A stretch of DNA of 63,270 nt, counting the filler, from Craspedostauros australis (Eukaryota), in NCBI GenBank assembly GCA_030167865.1. It is 11 parts of 11 records of this genome, joined end to end, with 100 filler letters (N's around TTAATTAATTAA, not from the genome) between each part and the next. Parts side by side here need not be neighbours in the genome. Positions count along the whole stretch, not along the records: positions 1 to 1,555 come from JALAGF010002448.1; positions 1,656 to 6,277 come from JALAGF010002449.1; positions 6,378 to 15,438 come from JALAGF010002450.1; 8 more parts are not named here. The stretch is one strand, 5' to 3'. The notes under the pieces were generated by a model. That model was given only the letters and a program-made list of their open reading frames with translations. It did no database searches and was not told the origin of the DNA. Both the position numbers and the translations under genes were made by a program. Shown piece after piece: positions 1 through 9,662 of the stretch; the stretch's first letter is position 1, and the number at the start of each line of letters is the position of its first letter.

Positions 1-1555
1 GTGCAACTTTCCAAACTGACATGCGGCACAAAGAGGGAGGTCGGTGACTTTGGCGGCTGCGGTGTGCATTTTTCGGGATGCTTCAGACCCTGTGAAAACA
101 CCTGAACGTAGAAGGAATTTCACTCTGTTGAAGGATAAGTGCCCGAGGCGGTAGTGCCAGCGGAGAAGCTCCTTTTGCGGTTGAGTGAGGTTGACGTTGT
201 GGTCTGACACGGTTGACACAATTGACGAGAGCGCTGTGGGTAGGTCGTGGATGTTGTCCGAGTTGTAGCCAACTGAAGTTGGTAGTTTCGTTGACTTCTT
301 GTAGTTGGCGACAACAGCGCTGCGACCCTCGTGCCCGTCCAATCCGCTCAATTTGCATGAAGAATTGTCAAAGACGATTGTTTCTCCAGGGTATTCTTCG
401 AGGAGACTCAAAGTGCTGATGAGCTTCACTTTGGACAAAGGTACATAGAAGGCGGGCAATCGTAATTTGCGTGGGCTTCCACGCACATCGAGCACATGCC
501 ACTCTACCGTCCCCAACCCATTCACTTGGATTTTCTTGAGGAATCCACTCAGAAAGGTTGGTTTTGGTGGAAGACTTGGAGTAGTGCAGAAGTCATCGAG
601 GTCATTCGTGACAGAGATAGAAGCTCCACTGTCCCACACCAATTCGAATGGGGCGTTGGGAGAGAGACAGTTTTCTGCCTTCTGTGGAGATGCAAAAGCG
701 TGACGATTGGTGAAGAAGGAGGCAAGGCCTTGTAGAGAGAGAAGTGCAGGAGCGTCAGTATCACAGGGTTGAGTCTGGCTTTTGCCGCAAGCCAAGTCAA
801 TGCCAAGTTTGGGGTAAATGTTCCAGAGATTTCGTGAGAGGGTTGATGTGCGACTTCGTGTACATGTGATTGGATTTTGCGAATTGTTTTGTTTCGCGCC
901 ATATTTGGAGTACTCCAACGGTGTTTTGGGCTTATTCCAATGGTGACGTTTTTGGTTGCGCTTGCGAGTTTTGGTCCGAGCAGGGCGATGTTTTGATTGC
1001 GCGTTCCGTGGCGGACTAGTATTGAGGGATCGCATTGGCACAGGATCAGTTGTCTGACTGTTCTCTGTCATCACATCGTAGAGAGTGCGCTTCACAGGTT
1101 CATTGAAGTAGATGGAACGGCGGATGTTGCTCTTGGACTTGGTTCGAGTCATTGTTTGAGTGGTGTCGACAGCTCTGTTGGGGCTGTGTCTTCGTGGCAC
1201 GTTTGAGTGAAGGAGGAGCAACGTGATGGCAATTATCATCCAGGCGTTAGTAGCCGTGACGTACCACCCGTGCTCGACTCCGAGAGTGTAGACTTGGAGG
1301 CTCACGAAAGAAAGGATTGATCCGATCACACAGCTGAGGTAGTTGAAGGAGGTGAAGAGGTTCCACACAAACGACCACCATTCCTTTTCGTCTTGGCTAG
1401 CGGTGGCTGTGAAGCAGGTCCAAGCGGCCATGTCGACGACGAGGTGGTCAGGCTTGGCGTTGTTATTGCCTTTACCTTTCGGTTTGAAGTTGTCTTGATG
1501 GCTCTCGGTGTTATGCGAAAGACGCCAACGACGACACTTTGCGCACCACATGAAC
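1..1555 (-). mobile_element. Ty1/copia (CoDi-like) gag-pol fragment: Gag knuckle, aspartic protease and integrase zinc finger; open at both ends
   Basis: My translation gives one uninterrupted minus-strand frame from 1554 to 1, missing from the ORF track because it runs off the window. It contains WCAKCRRWRLSHNTESH (Gag CCHH-type knuckle), LVWDSGASIS (protease, DSGAS at 619-633), GLGTVEW...AFYVP and QKELLRWHYRLGHLSF...CAACQFGK (pre-integrase/HHCC, WHYRLGH at 139-159). Protease followed by integrase is the copia order. Confidence 0.93.
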
Positions 1556-1655
1556 NNNNNNNNNNNNNNNNNNNNNNNNNNNNNNNNNNNNNNNNNNNNT
1601 TAATTAATTAANNNNNNNNNNNNNNNNNNNNNNNNNNNNNNNNNNNNNNNNNNNN
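1556..1655. other. Artificial contig spacer (N44-TTAATTAATTAA-N44); identical spacers at 6278-6377, 15439-15538, 17005-17104, 18506-18605, 49806-49905, 57661-57760, 59083-59182, 60544-60643, 62016-62115
   Basis: The same 100-nt structure occurs 10 times; TTAATTAATTAA gives stop codons in all six frames, as in a standard concatenation linker. Confidence 0.98.
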
Positions 1656-1963
1656 CAAGTGCGTATGAGAGAATAGCGGGTGAACGATGCACATATACAC
1701 GTACATCTTGATATATACTCACATGTACATCTCGACACAGAGACAAGGAAGCAAGAACAGAGCATGATGAATGAAGAGGGAAGCACCTAAGAGACAACAG
1801 GATGCCCCGTGTCGTCACTGCGACAGATGCCTGCCAAGAAAACGAAATCGGAAGAGAAAGTGAGATTGTGCTCACAGTTCTAAAACGGTACAGTTTCTAA
1901 CAGCGGATTAGAATTTAGTACTAACTATAACCCCGGATTTCCAACACGTTTCGAAACGTTACA
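1656..1963 (+). repeat. Probable 3' part of the 5' LTR/leader of the downstream copia element
   Basis: Non-coding segment directly upstream of gag with an AT-rich stretch (1907-1930) and candidate LTR-terminal ...ACA at 1946 or 1963. No second LTR is present in the contig to confirm the boundary. Confidence 0.4.
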
Positions 1964-2026
1964 ATTGAAATCCTACGTTTCTACCACCATCAACACAGCA
2001 ACAAACATCCTATCATCATCATCACC

Positions 2027-5000
2027 ATGACATCCTTCCTAGGTAAGACTGATTGTTACATGATCATGTTCGACGGCAAGCGGTCCAGCTGGAAAGCTTG
2101 GAGTGCGAAGTTCCTGGCCCGCGCCAACTGCAAGGGCTATGGAGACTTGTATCTCAAGGATATGGGTGATGTGGTTGTGAAGGAAGAACCATTTGTCCCC
2201 TCCTCTGCTGCCCTCCCCGTGAAAGGCAAGAAGAAGGATGACGAAGCCAAGAAGCCAAGTGTCATGACTCCTGAAGAGGAGGCTGAGTACAAGAAGGCAT
2301 TGGCAAAGTACGCGTTTGAAGAACTGACCATGGCTATTAGCCATGAAACCACCGAAGGCAATGTTGCCTTCATGGCTGTGTTGGGATGCAAGAGCAGCGC
2401 TTACGAGGGAGGAGACCCACGTAAGGCATGGAAAGCTCTTGAGCGTATCTACGAGCAGCGCACTGCGCCTATGAAGGCAAAGTTGTTTGCGCAGCTCAAC
2501 GGGATGCGCATGAAGAAGGGAGAACACCCGGACACGTTCCTCACCGAGATGGAAGTGCTCCGTGGACGCCTCTCCCACGCCGGCGTTGACTTGGACATGA
2601 CTCAGTACCACATGCTCGTGCTCAACGCCCTCGCAAGGGACTACGAGATGGATGTGAAGCTCATCGAGCTCAAGTTCACCAGCATTGAAGACACGATGTC
2701 AATCGAGGACATCCGTGAAGCAGTGAGTGCCACCTACGACGCACGTCACATCAAACAAGGAAGCAACCGCTGCGAGAGCGACACCAAAGAGGAAATGGCT
2801 CTCGCTGCCACGGGCGGCTTCAAAGGGTACTGCCGCAACTGCGGTGCCTACGGGCACAANNNNNNNNNNNNNNNNNNNNNNNNNNNNNNNNNNNNNNNNN
2901 NNNNNNNNNNNNNNNNNNNNNNNNNNNNNNNNNNNNNNNNNNNNNNNNNNNNNNNNNNNNNNNNNNNNNNNNNNNNNNNNNNNNNNNNNNNNNNNNNNNN
3001 NNNNNNNNNNNNNNNNNNNNNNATGCGAGAAGCCGAGGCCGCAAACGTGGCGACCGATGGCATGGAGGAAGAAACAGATGTCGCCCTCGTGATGGTCGAA
3101 GAACACATGTGGCGGACTGCAGAAGACGATGTGGCAGGCTACGACTCCTTCGTTGAAGTTGACGAGGAGATGTGGTCGACCTCCAACGAGAAGGCCGGCG
3201 ACGTTGGCCTAGCCATGATCGAGGAGCCCATCTGGTTGCCCAAAGACGACAAGTCCATGGATAGCACGGAAATGATGTGCTTCCTCACCAACGAGTTCGA
3301 AATTGATTCGACAGAGGTCAAAAATGTGACCAACCCAAGACTCGTGACCACCCAAGAAATTGCGAACATCAAGAAAAACATGAGCAACGACCACGCCATG
3401 ATGCCTCCCGAAGAGGAGACCACCGAAGACCTCGCCCTCACGTCCACCGACGAAGAGATGGCCGACCAAGGCAACGCGCCAAACCAAGGTGGTGAGTGGA
3501 CAGCAGAAGAGCGGGCAGCCCACCACCCAGGGGTGTACGGTCACTACGGACCACCACCGGTCGCAGCCGAGCGCATCAACCGCGAACTCTTCCCGTCCGA
3601 CGACGAGTCCACTGAAGACGACGGGTTCTTCGACGAGGTCATCTACGATGAAGACCTTGTCAGCACCGAAGAAGAGTCTACCAACGAAGTAGCAATGGTG
3701 ATTGGAGCAGAAGACATCTGCAGAGAGCCAGTCTTCTCGCTCTCCACCAACAAACCTCCCATTGAGGAGTCAATCGAAGCAGCAGGGCGCGCTCTGTACC
3801 AAGGATGGGCATCGTGCCCACTATGCTTCAAGCAAGGACACATCTACTCTTACTGTGTCAATTGCCCAGCCCTGCCATTCCTCATTGATCTACCAGATGA
3901 TGTGGATGTGGCAAAACCGACAACTCACGAAGAGCGTGATCACCGCCGCGCGATGCTCGCCAAAGAGGAGTCACTCGCACTTGCAGTGCAATACTCACTG
4001 AGCAACGCCATGCCGGCTGACAGTGTGCGCTCCGAACTTGCCCTGCTGTGCCTCGACACAGTGAAGGAGTACAACTCGAGAGACAGACACACTTGCATGG
4101 ATGCTCGCACCCTCTACTTCCTCTTACGCGAAATCGGGATGATGACTCCGTTCAACGTCATGAAGAACATGCCGTTCATCAACGAAAGGCTGGAGAAGGA
4201 GCAGTTGCCGGCCATCCACCACGGACTCATCGGGAGCCTGGCCTCGCGTGGAGCACTCCAAGTCATGTGGAAATACCACCCAGGCCTCTACGGAGTCCGC
4301 GGCCCAGGTGAGTTCCCTGAACTCCCCCTCTACAGCGAGAGAGACCCGCAACCAGACATGGCGATGGTGATCGGTGACATCGACGGCGTCGAAGAACGCC
4401 GCATCACGCTCGCCCCAGACCGCCATGAGGCAAACACTTGGTTGGGNNNNNNNNNNNNNNNNNNNNNNNNNNNNNNNNNNNNNNNNNNNNNNNNNNNNNN
4501 NNNNNNNNNNNNNNNNNNNNNNNNNNNNNNNNNNNNNNNNNNNNNNNNNNNNNNNNNNNNGGCAACAAAGGTGGGCGACAAGCGCATGGTGGTGATGCAG
4601 AAAAACGGTACCACCGCAACCATCCTCCTCAAGCACGTGAAGTTTGTGCCCAATTTGTGGGTGAACCTCCTCAGCATCAACAAAGCGCTTGAGAGCGGCT
4701 TCAACATCAGCAACCACGGTGTTGTGATGAGCCTGGAGAAGCGCGGACAACGTATTACGTTTGACCGGCTTATGGCTACCCACAGTGGGTTCGTAAGCGG
4801 TGTTAACATGATCACCGCCCCTCACCCTCACGATCAAGCCAATGTTGGCGTGTCCACCCAGACCGCGGTGGACATCAACCAAATCCATAAAATGTTAGGC
4901 CATGTTGACACTTACACAATCTCTCGCACAGCGGGACGATACGGGTGGAATGTCACAGGCAAGTTGCATGCATGTGTGGACTGTGCCATTGGCAAACAAA

Positions 5001-6277
5001 GGCAGAAGGCCATGACAAAGAAGCTCCAATCACGAGCGAAGGGGGTTGGTGATCGACTGTTCATTGACACATCGAGTGTCCAGACACACAGCTACGGACA
5101 AGGAAAGTACTGGCTCCTAGTCCTCAATGATTACAGTGACTACTGCTGGAGCTATTTCCTGAAGGAGAAGAGTGAGGTTGGAACAAAAATGATTCTGTTG
5201 CTTAAATGGCTCCANNNNNNNCAGCAAACACGAGTGAAAATTATCAGATGTGACAACGCAGGAGAAAATTATTCTGCGGAGAAGCAACTGCTCGTCGCAG
5301 GGTTCGCCCCAACGTTCGAGTACACTGCAGCATCTACGCCGCAACAGAACGGTCGCGTCGAAAGAAAATTCGCCACGTTGTACGGGAAAGTTCGAGCCAT
5401 GCTCAATCACACGCACCTGCCGAAAAATGTCCGAGGAAAATTATGGGCCGAAGCGGCCAGAACCGCTACCCAACTGGAGAATATCATCGGGACGAAAACG
5501 AGAGAACCAGCATGCGTACTGTTCAACAACCGGATCCCCACTTACGTGGATGGACTGCGCGTTTTCGGAGAAATAGGGATGGTGTATATTGGCGGCCGCT
5601 CGATAAAGGCGAAGCTGGACGACAGATCCAGACCAGCTATGTTCGTCGGATACGGCCAGTCACACGCGAAAGGAGTATATCGAATGCTGAACCTCGCAAC
5701 AACTAAGATCCTAATCACGAGAGACGTGACGTGGATGAATCAGTCATATGGGCAATTCAGAGGTATCGAGAATGCCAACAGATCAATATTGATAGATCTG
5801 GAAGATGACGACTCTACATCGGGTATGAAGACTCGACACACGAGGGCAGCTTGGGAGCGACGATCGGAGACCATCAAAGGAATGGAGACCGGCGACGCAG
5901 ATCACAGCAGCAGAGCCAGAGAAAAGGAAGATACAGAAGACGCTGCGCGAGGGCAAGATGACTTGCTCCCCACCCAAGGGGAAAATGAGTCGAACGATAA
6001 TGACGGCGACGAATTTGGAAGGGACGATGAGGGGAGAGCTAATGAAGAGGCCAAAGATGAGCCCAAGCAGACTCCTATCGCAGAACCTGTGCAACGCGTA
6101 CCGAGGATGGTGAGTGCTCTCGCAGGGTACAACAAAGAACCCATCCCAGAGGAGGAGCGAGACCTCGAATCAAGCGACGAGTCAGAACCAAACACAGACG
6201 AAGGGTACGAGACACCCCAAGAGACTATCGCATCCCCATCGGACACAGGAGGACCCGACTTCCACGCGGACGGGTCA
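2027..6277 (+). mobile_element. Ty1/copia gag-pol polyprotein (Gag, zinc knuckle, protease, integrase); truncated by the contig end before RT
   Basis: FDGKRSSWKAWSAKF (copia Gag N-terminus), CRNCGAYGH knuckle, NTWLG[gap] then LKHVKFVPNLWVNLLSI (protease), IHKMLGH...CVDC (HHCC), LFIDT...IRCDNAGE...PQQNGRVERKF (DDE integrase) and KLDDRSRPAMFVGY (SH3-like). Confidence 0.96.
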
Positions 6278-7211
6278 NNNNNNNNNNNNNNNNNNNNNNN
6301 NNNNNNNNNNNNNNNNNNNNNTTAATTAATTAANNNNNNNNNNNNNNNNNNNNNNNNNNNNNNNNNNNNNNNNNNNNGAGGGGTTGGCATCCTTGGAGAG
6401 GGCCTTGGCAGCAGCAGAGGGAAACATGGTGGGATTGTTGGTGGAGAGTAGTGTGGTTTGCCAGGTGGATGTGATGGTGTGCACTGGTCTGAGACGAAGT
6501 GAGCAAGGAGAGCATCCGATGAAAGGCAAACCAGCTTGCAACAGCAACAACAACAACAACTGCTACTACTACTGCTACTACTACTCTGACGACAACGGGC
6601 ATTGAGCGAAAGGGCGAGTGTGCATGGCATTGGCGAGGAAAGTTGTGACATGGAGCGAACGTGTGGTGAGATTTTGCGAAATGATGGAGATGATGTGTTT
6701 TGTGTGATGGGTTTTGTGTCATGTGCTTTGTGACGACCAGAATGTGGAATCCTGTGGCACATGCTAACGTGTAATTAACGCGTACCAAACCACCGACACC
6801 TTCGGGAGCTAGTCCGTGACTGACCACCTGACGATAAATACTTGAGAACATCATAGAACCTTCGACAACTACCAACGAGTTTTATGTGGTTGGATCCACG
6901 TGACTAGAATGAACACATTGATCGGTGCATAAAACGTAAAATAAGCTTTACTAAAACCTGAAAAGGTGACATGTACATAAAGATACTACAAGGATTGCGA
7001 ATATGTGCTTAGTTTGAAAATCCCAGAAATCCGATTAGACTCTTCATTTCAAACGATTGGTCGACTCACTGATCGGGCTCTTATATAAAATCCGAATTCC
7101 ACAAATAAAAAGCGAACACAAAAATCACAATCACAGAGTACCAAATTGCTTCACTGACACCTGTAGAAACCATACTGACTTTTGCGTAGAAGGATACGAA
7201 AAAGATCGACC

Positions 7212-9662
7212 ATGGCGCCAACAGCAATCGTAACGCAGAACGACCACCCTCCAAGCAACGGCTCCAGCAACGCAGCAGCCACCACCGATGGGCGTGATCA
7301 GCTTCCGGGACCACCGCCGGAGCCGGATCCTGCTGAAGACGAGATGGCACTGTTCGAGAAACAAAACAAGGTTCCCACCAAGTGGAAAGAGCCAAACAGC
7401 GCGCGGTGGAAAAAGATCCGCAAAGACGTGGCGGAGAAATCAGACGGGTTCAAGGCATCGGAGGTGTACAGCGAAGGCGACCACTCAATGCACAACCAGG
7501 TCAAGAGCATGCTGGCACAGAAGGCACGATGGGAAGGACGAGACACAGCGACGATCTCCAACGAACTCCCCCGCATCAAGGACCTCGCGGCGTTCTTCCA
7601 AACAGTGATGGACGGAAGAACCACCAACTTCGGGTCCGAGAAAGTGAGTACTGACGATCCAGCCAGAGTCAAGATCAAACAGCTAATCGCGGATCTGGCA
7701 CAAACCGAGCCAAAGTCGTGCTTCAAAGGAGAACTGCAGGACGGAGACAAGACTCTGACAAGGAATCAGATGACAATTGCGTGGTCTGCAGCTGTGAGTT
7801 ACCTGGGCAGCCAATACCCGGAAGAGCTCATGCCGCCAGAGGTCGACTCGGATGACGACATGGAGACAACAGAAGAGTACGACCTGACAACCTTCGCCAA
7901 CAAAAGGAAGGGAGTCCTGAAACAGACGTCGATGACAGCCCACACTGCGAGCCACACCAACAGCACTGGCAGTCCACTGAAAAAGAAGTCGAACACGGTC
8001 ACCATCAGCCCAGCAGTACCCATGCCCGACACCGATACCATCGCAGAAGAACAAAGGAAAGGATGGTCGGTCAGTGGCGCAGAAAAGCTGACCAACATCT
8101 CAGGCCCGCGACGCAGGTACAGAGAGCGATTCAACATGAGATTCCTGATCCCAAAAGGGTCCATGACGCCCAGGCACGATTTCAAGAAGCGATTCAAGCT
8201 GTGGTACGACAGAGCCAGAGCAATGGACAAGACCCTCGTCATCCACCCGTGGTACAAGCGACACAAAAAGCAAGGTTGCATTGTCACGGCCAATGATATT
8301 CCCAAAGACTGGGACGAATTCAGAATCTTCGTGGGCCGAGCAGATCCCAAGTCCACCGACGACAAAGTATACTGCAGGATCTCGATGGCATCCAACCTCG
8401 ACATGCGAGTGTTCACACACCGACGCTCGGAAATGGAGGGAGCCTACGGCGAAGGCGAGTTCGCTTCCATCGCTGATCTGCGCGACGCGGAAACCACCAC
8501 CGAAATCGGGTTCCTAGCCTACTCAGGTAACTTCACCAACGCAAAACAAACGGTCCGGTACATCAACCAAATGCTGCGAGAGCGGAATTTGGGAGTACAG
8601 GTCGGCGGGAAGGTGAGGCTAATGGGCAAGGTCACCGACGCTCAGCGTGCGCTACACCAGCAGCATGGCGGGCGATGGATCAACGTCCCATGGGCGGCGC
8701 TCCACCTGCATGCTGAGCTGAAACATGCCAGGCGGGCGACCAAAGCACTGGGGCGGCTGTTCAACGCGAAGAACGCCGACCGAGGCGGACTCAACTACCG
8801 CTACGTGCCGAATCCAGGGACCACCATCCTGGGAGCCAAGACAGCCACGAAGATCAGGGCAATGGTGCGAAAGCACATCAGTTATGTCCGAAGCCTACGA
8901 GGGTTCACACTGGAAGGGGACTTTACACTGGATGAAGCAGACTCCAGCACCAAGCAGACCACTCTACGCCAGTTCCTCTCAACCCAAACCACGGAGCAAG
9001 GCAATCCCTACATCCACGATGTGAATACCACACACATGGCAGACGGACAAAACGACGCCATCCACGTGGTCGCCTTCGACGAGCGATACGACAAAGCCAC
9101 AGGTATCATCAACTCCATTGCAATCAGGTGCAAAGAGGAAATCAACGACTCCACGCTGGACTGGTTCTCCGAGGACGTCGTCGAGATCAGCAGCGGGATG
9201 GTGAGAACCCCCGAAGGTGACTACGTCGACAAGGACACCGAAGACACGCTGGACTACATCGTCGACGAAGACATGGGGAAGCTGGTGATCGAAGGTCTCA
9301 GCGACCTCCTACTCGAAGAAAAGCCCAAGAGAAAGAACCTCGAAGACGCGTCATTCTTCTCGTTCGGAACAGCCATTGGAAGGTCGATGACCTCAACCAA
9401 CTACAGCATTCCGGAGTCCGAGGCGACCACCCAAGGCAGCCATCCGGAATCTTCCGATGAGCAACCCAACGAAGTGGAGAAATCCATTCAGGAGGTCCGA
9501 GCCAAGCACCAGGCAGAACAAGACCGCACGACTGTGCAAGAACAGTCCAAGCGGATTGCCGAACTCGATCGAATCATTGCGGAGCTACAATCCCAAAAAG
9601 AAGGGGATCAGCGTCCGCACGTCCCTGCTTCAAGCACGAGCAGGGAAGGATCCAAAGACTAG
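7212..9662 (+). CDS. ORF1 of the Ambal-like non-LTR retrotransposon (816 aa from the first ATG; no recognised domain)
   Basis: Long A-rich ORF directly upstream of, and overlapping, the APE-RT frame; C-terminal coiled-coil-like EQSKRIAELDRIIAELQ. Confidence 0.8.
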   Translation: MAPTAIVTQNDHPPSNGSSNAAATTDGRDQLPGPPPEPDPAEDEMALFEKQNKVPTKWKEPNSARWKKIRKDVAEKSDGFKASEVYSEGDHSMHNQVKSMLAQKARWEGRDTATISNELPRIKDLAAFFQTVMDGRTTNFGSEKVSTDDPARVKIKQLIADLAQTEPKSCFKGELQDGDKTLTRNQMTIAWSAAVSYLGSQYPEELMPPEVDSDDDMETTEEYDLTTFANKRKGVLKQTSMTAHTASHTNSTGSPLKKKSNTVTISPAVPMPDTDTIAEEQRKGWSVSGAEKLTNISGPRRRYRERFNMRFLIPKGSMTPRHDFKKRFKLWYDRARAMDKTLVIHPWYKRHKKQGCIVTANDIPKDWDEFRIFVGRADPKSTDDKVYCRISMASNLDMRVFTHRRSEMEGAYGEGEFASIADLRDAETTTEIGFLAYSGNFTNAKQTVRYINQMLRERNLGVQVGGKVRLMGKVTDAQRALHQQHGGRWINVPWAALHLHAELKHARRATKALGRLFNAKNADRGGLNYRYVPNPGTTILGAKTATKIRAMVRKHISYVRSLRGFTLEGDFTLDEADSSTKQTTLRQFLSTQTTEQGNPYIHDVNTTHMADGQNDAIHVVAFDERYDKATGIINSIAIRCKEEINDSTLDWFSEDVVEISSGMVRTPEGDYVDKDTEDTLDYIVDEDMGKLVIEGLSDLLLEEKPKRKNLEDASFFSFGTAIGRSMTSTNYSIPESEATTQGSHPESSDEQPNEVEKSIQEVRAKHQAEQDRTTVQEQSKRIAELDRIIAELQSQKEGDQRPHVPASSTSREGSKD

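Noticed and set aside
1600..1611. Recurrent TTAATTAATTAA as a biological repeat, CRISPR-like unit or piggyBac target
   Set aside because: Always centred in exactly 44+44 Ns, so it is an assembly linker. ORFs ending in ...LIN are artefacts of it.
9591..9600. TCCCAAAAAG as a -1 frameshift site joining ORF1 and ORF2
   Set aside because: ORF2 is in the +1 frame, and the heptamer is not phased as X XXY YYZ in ORF1.
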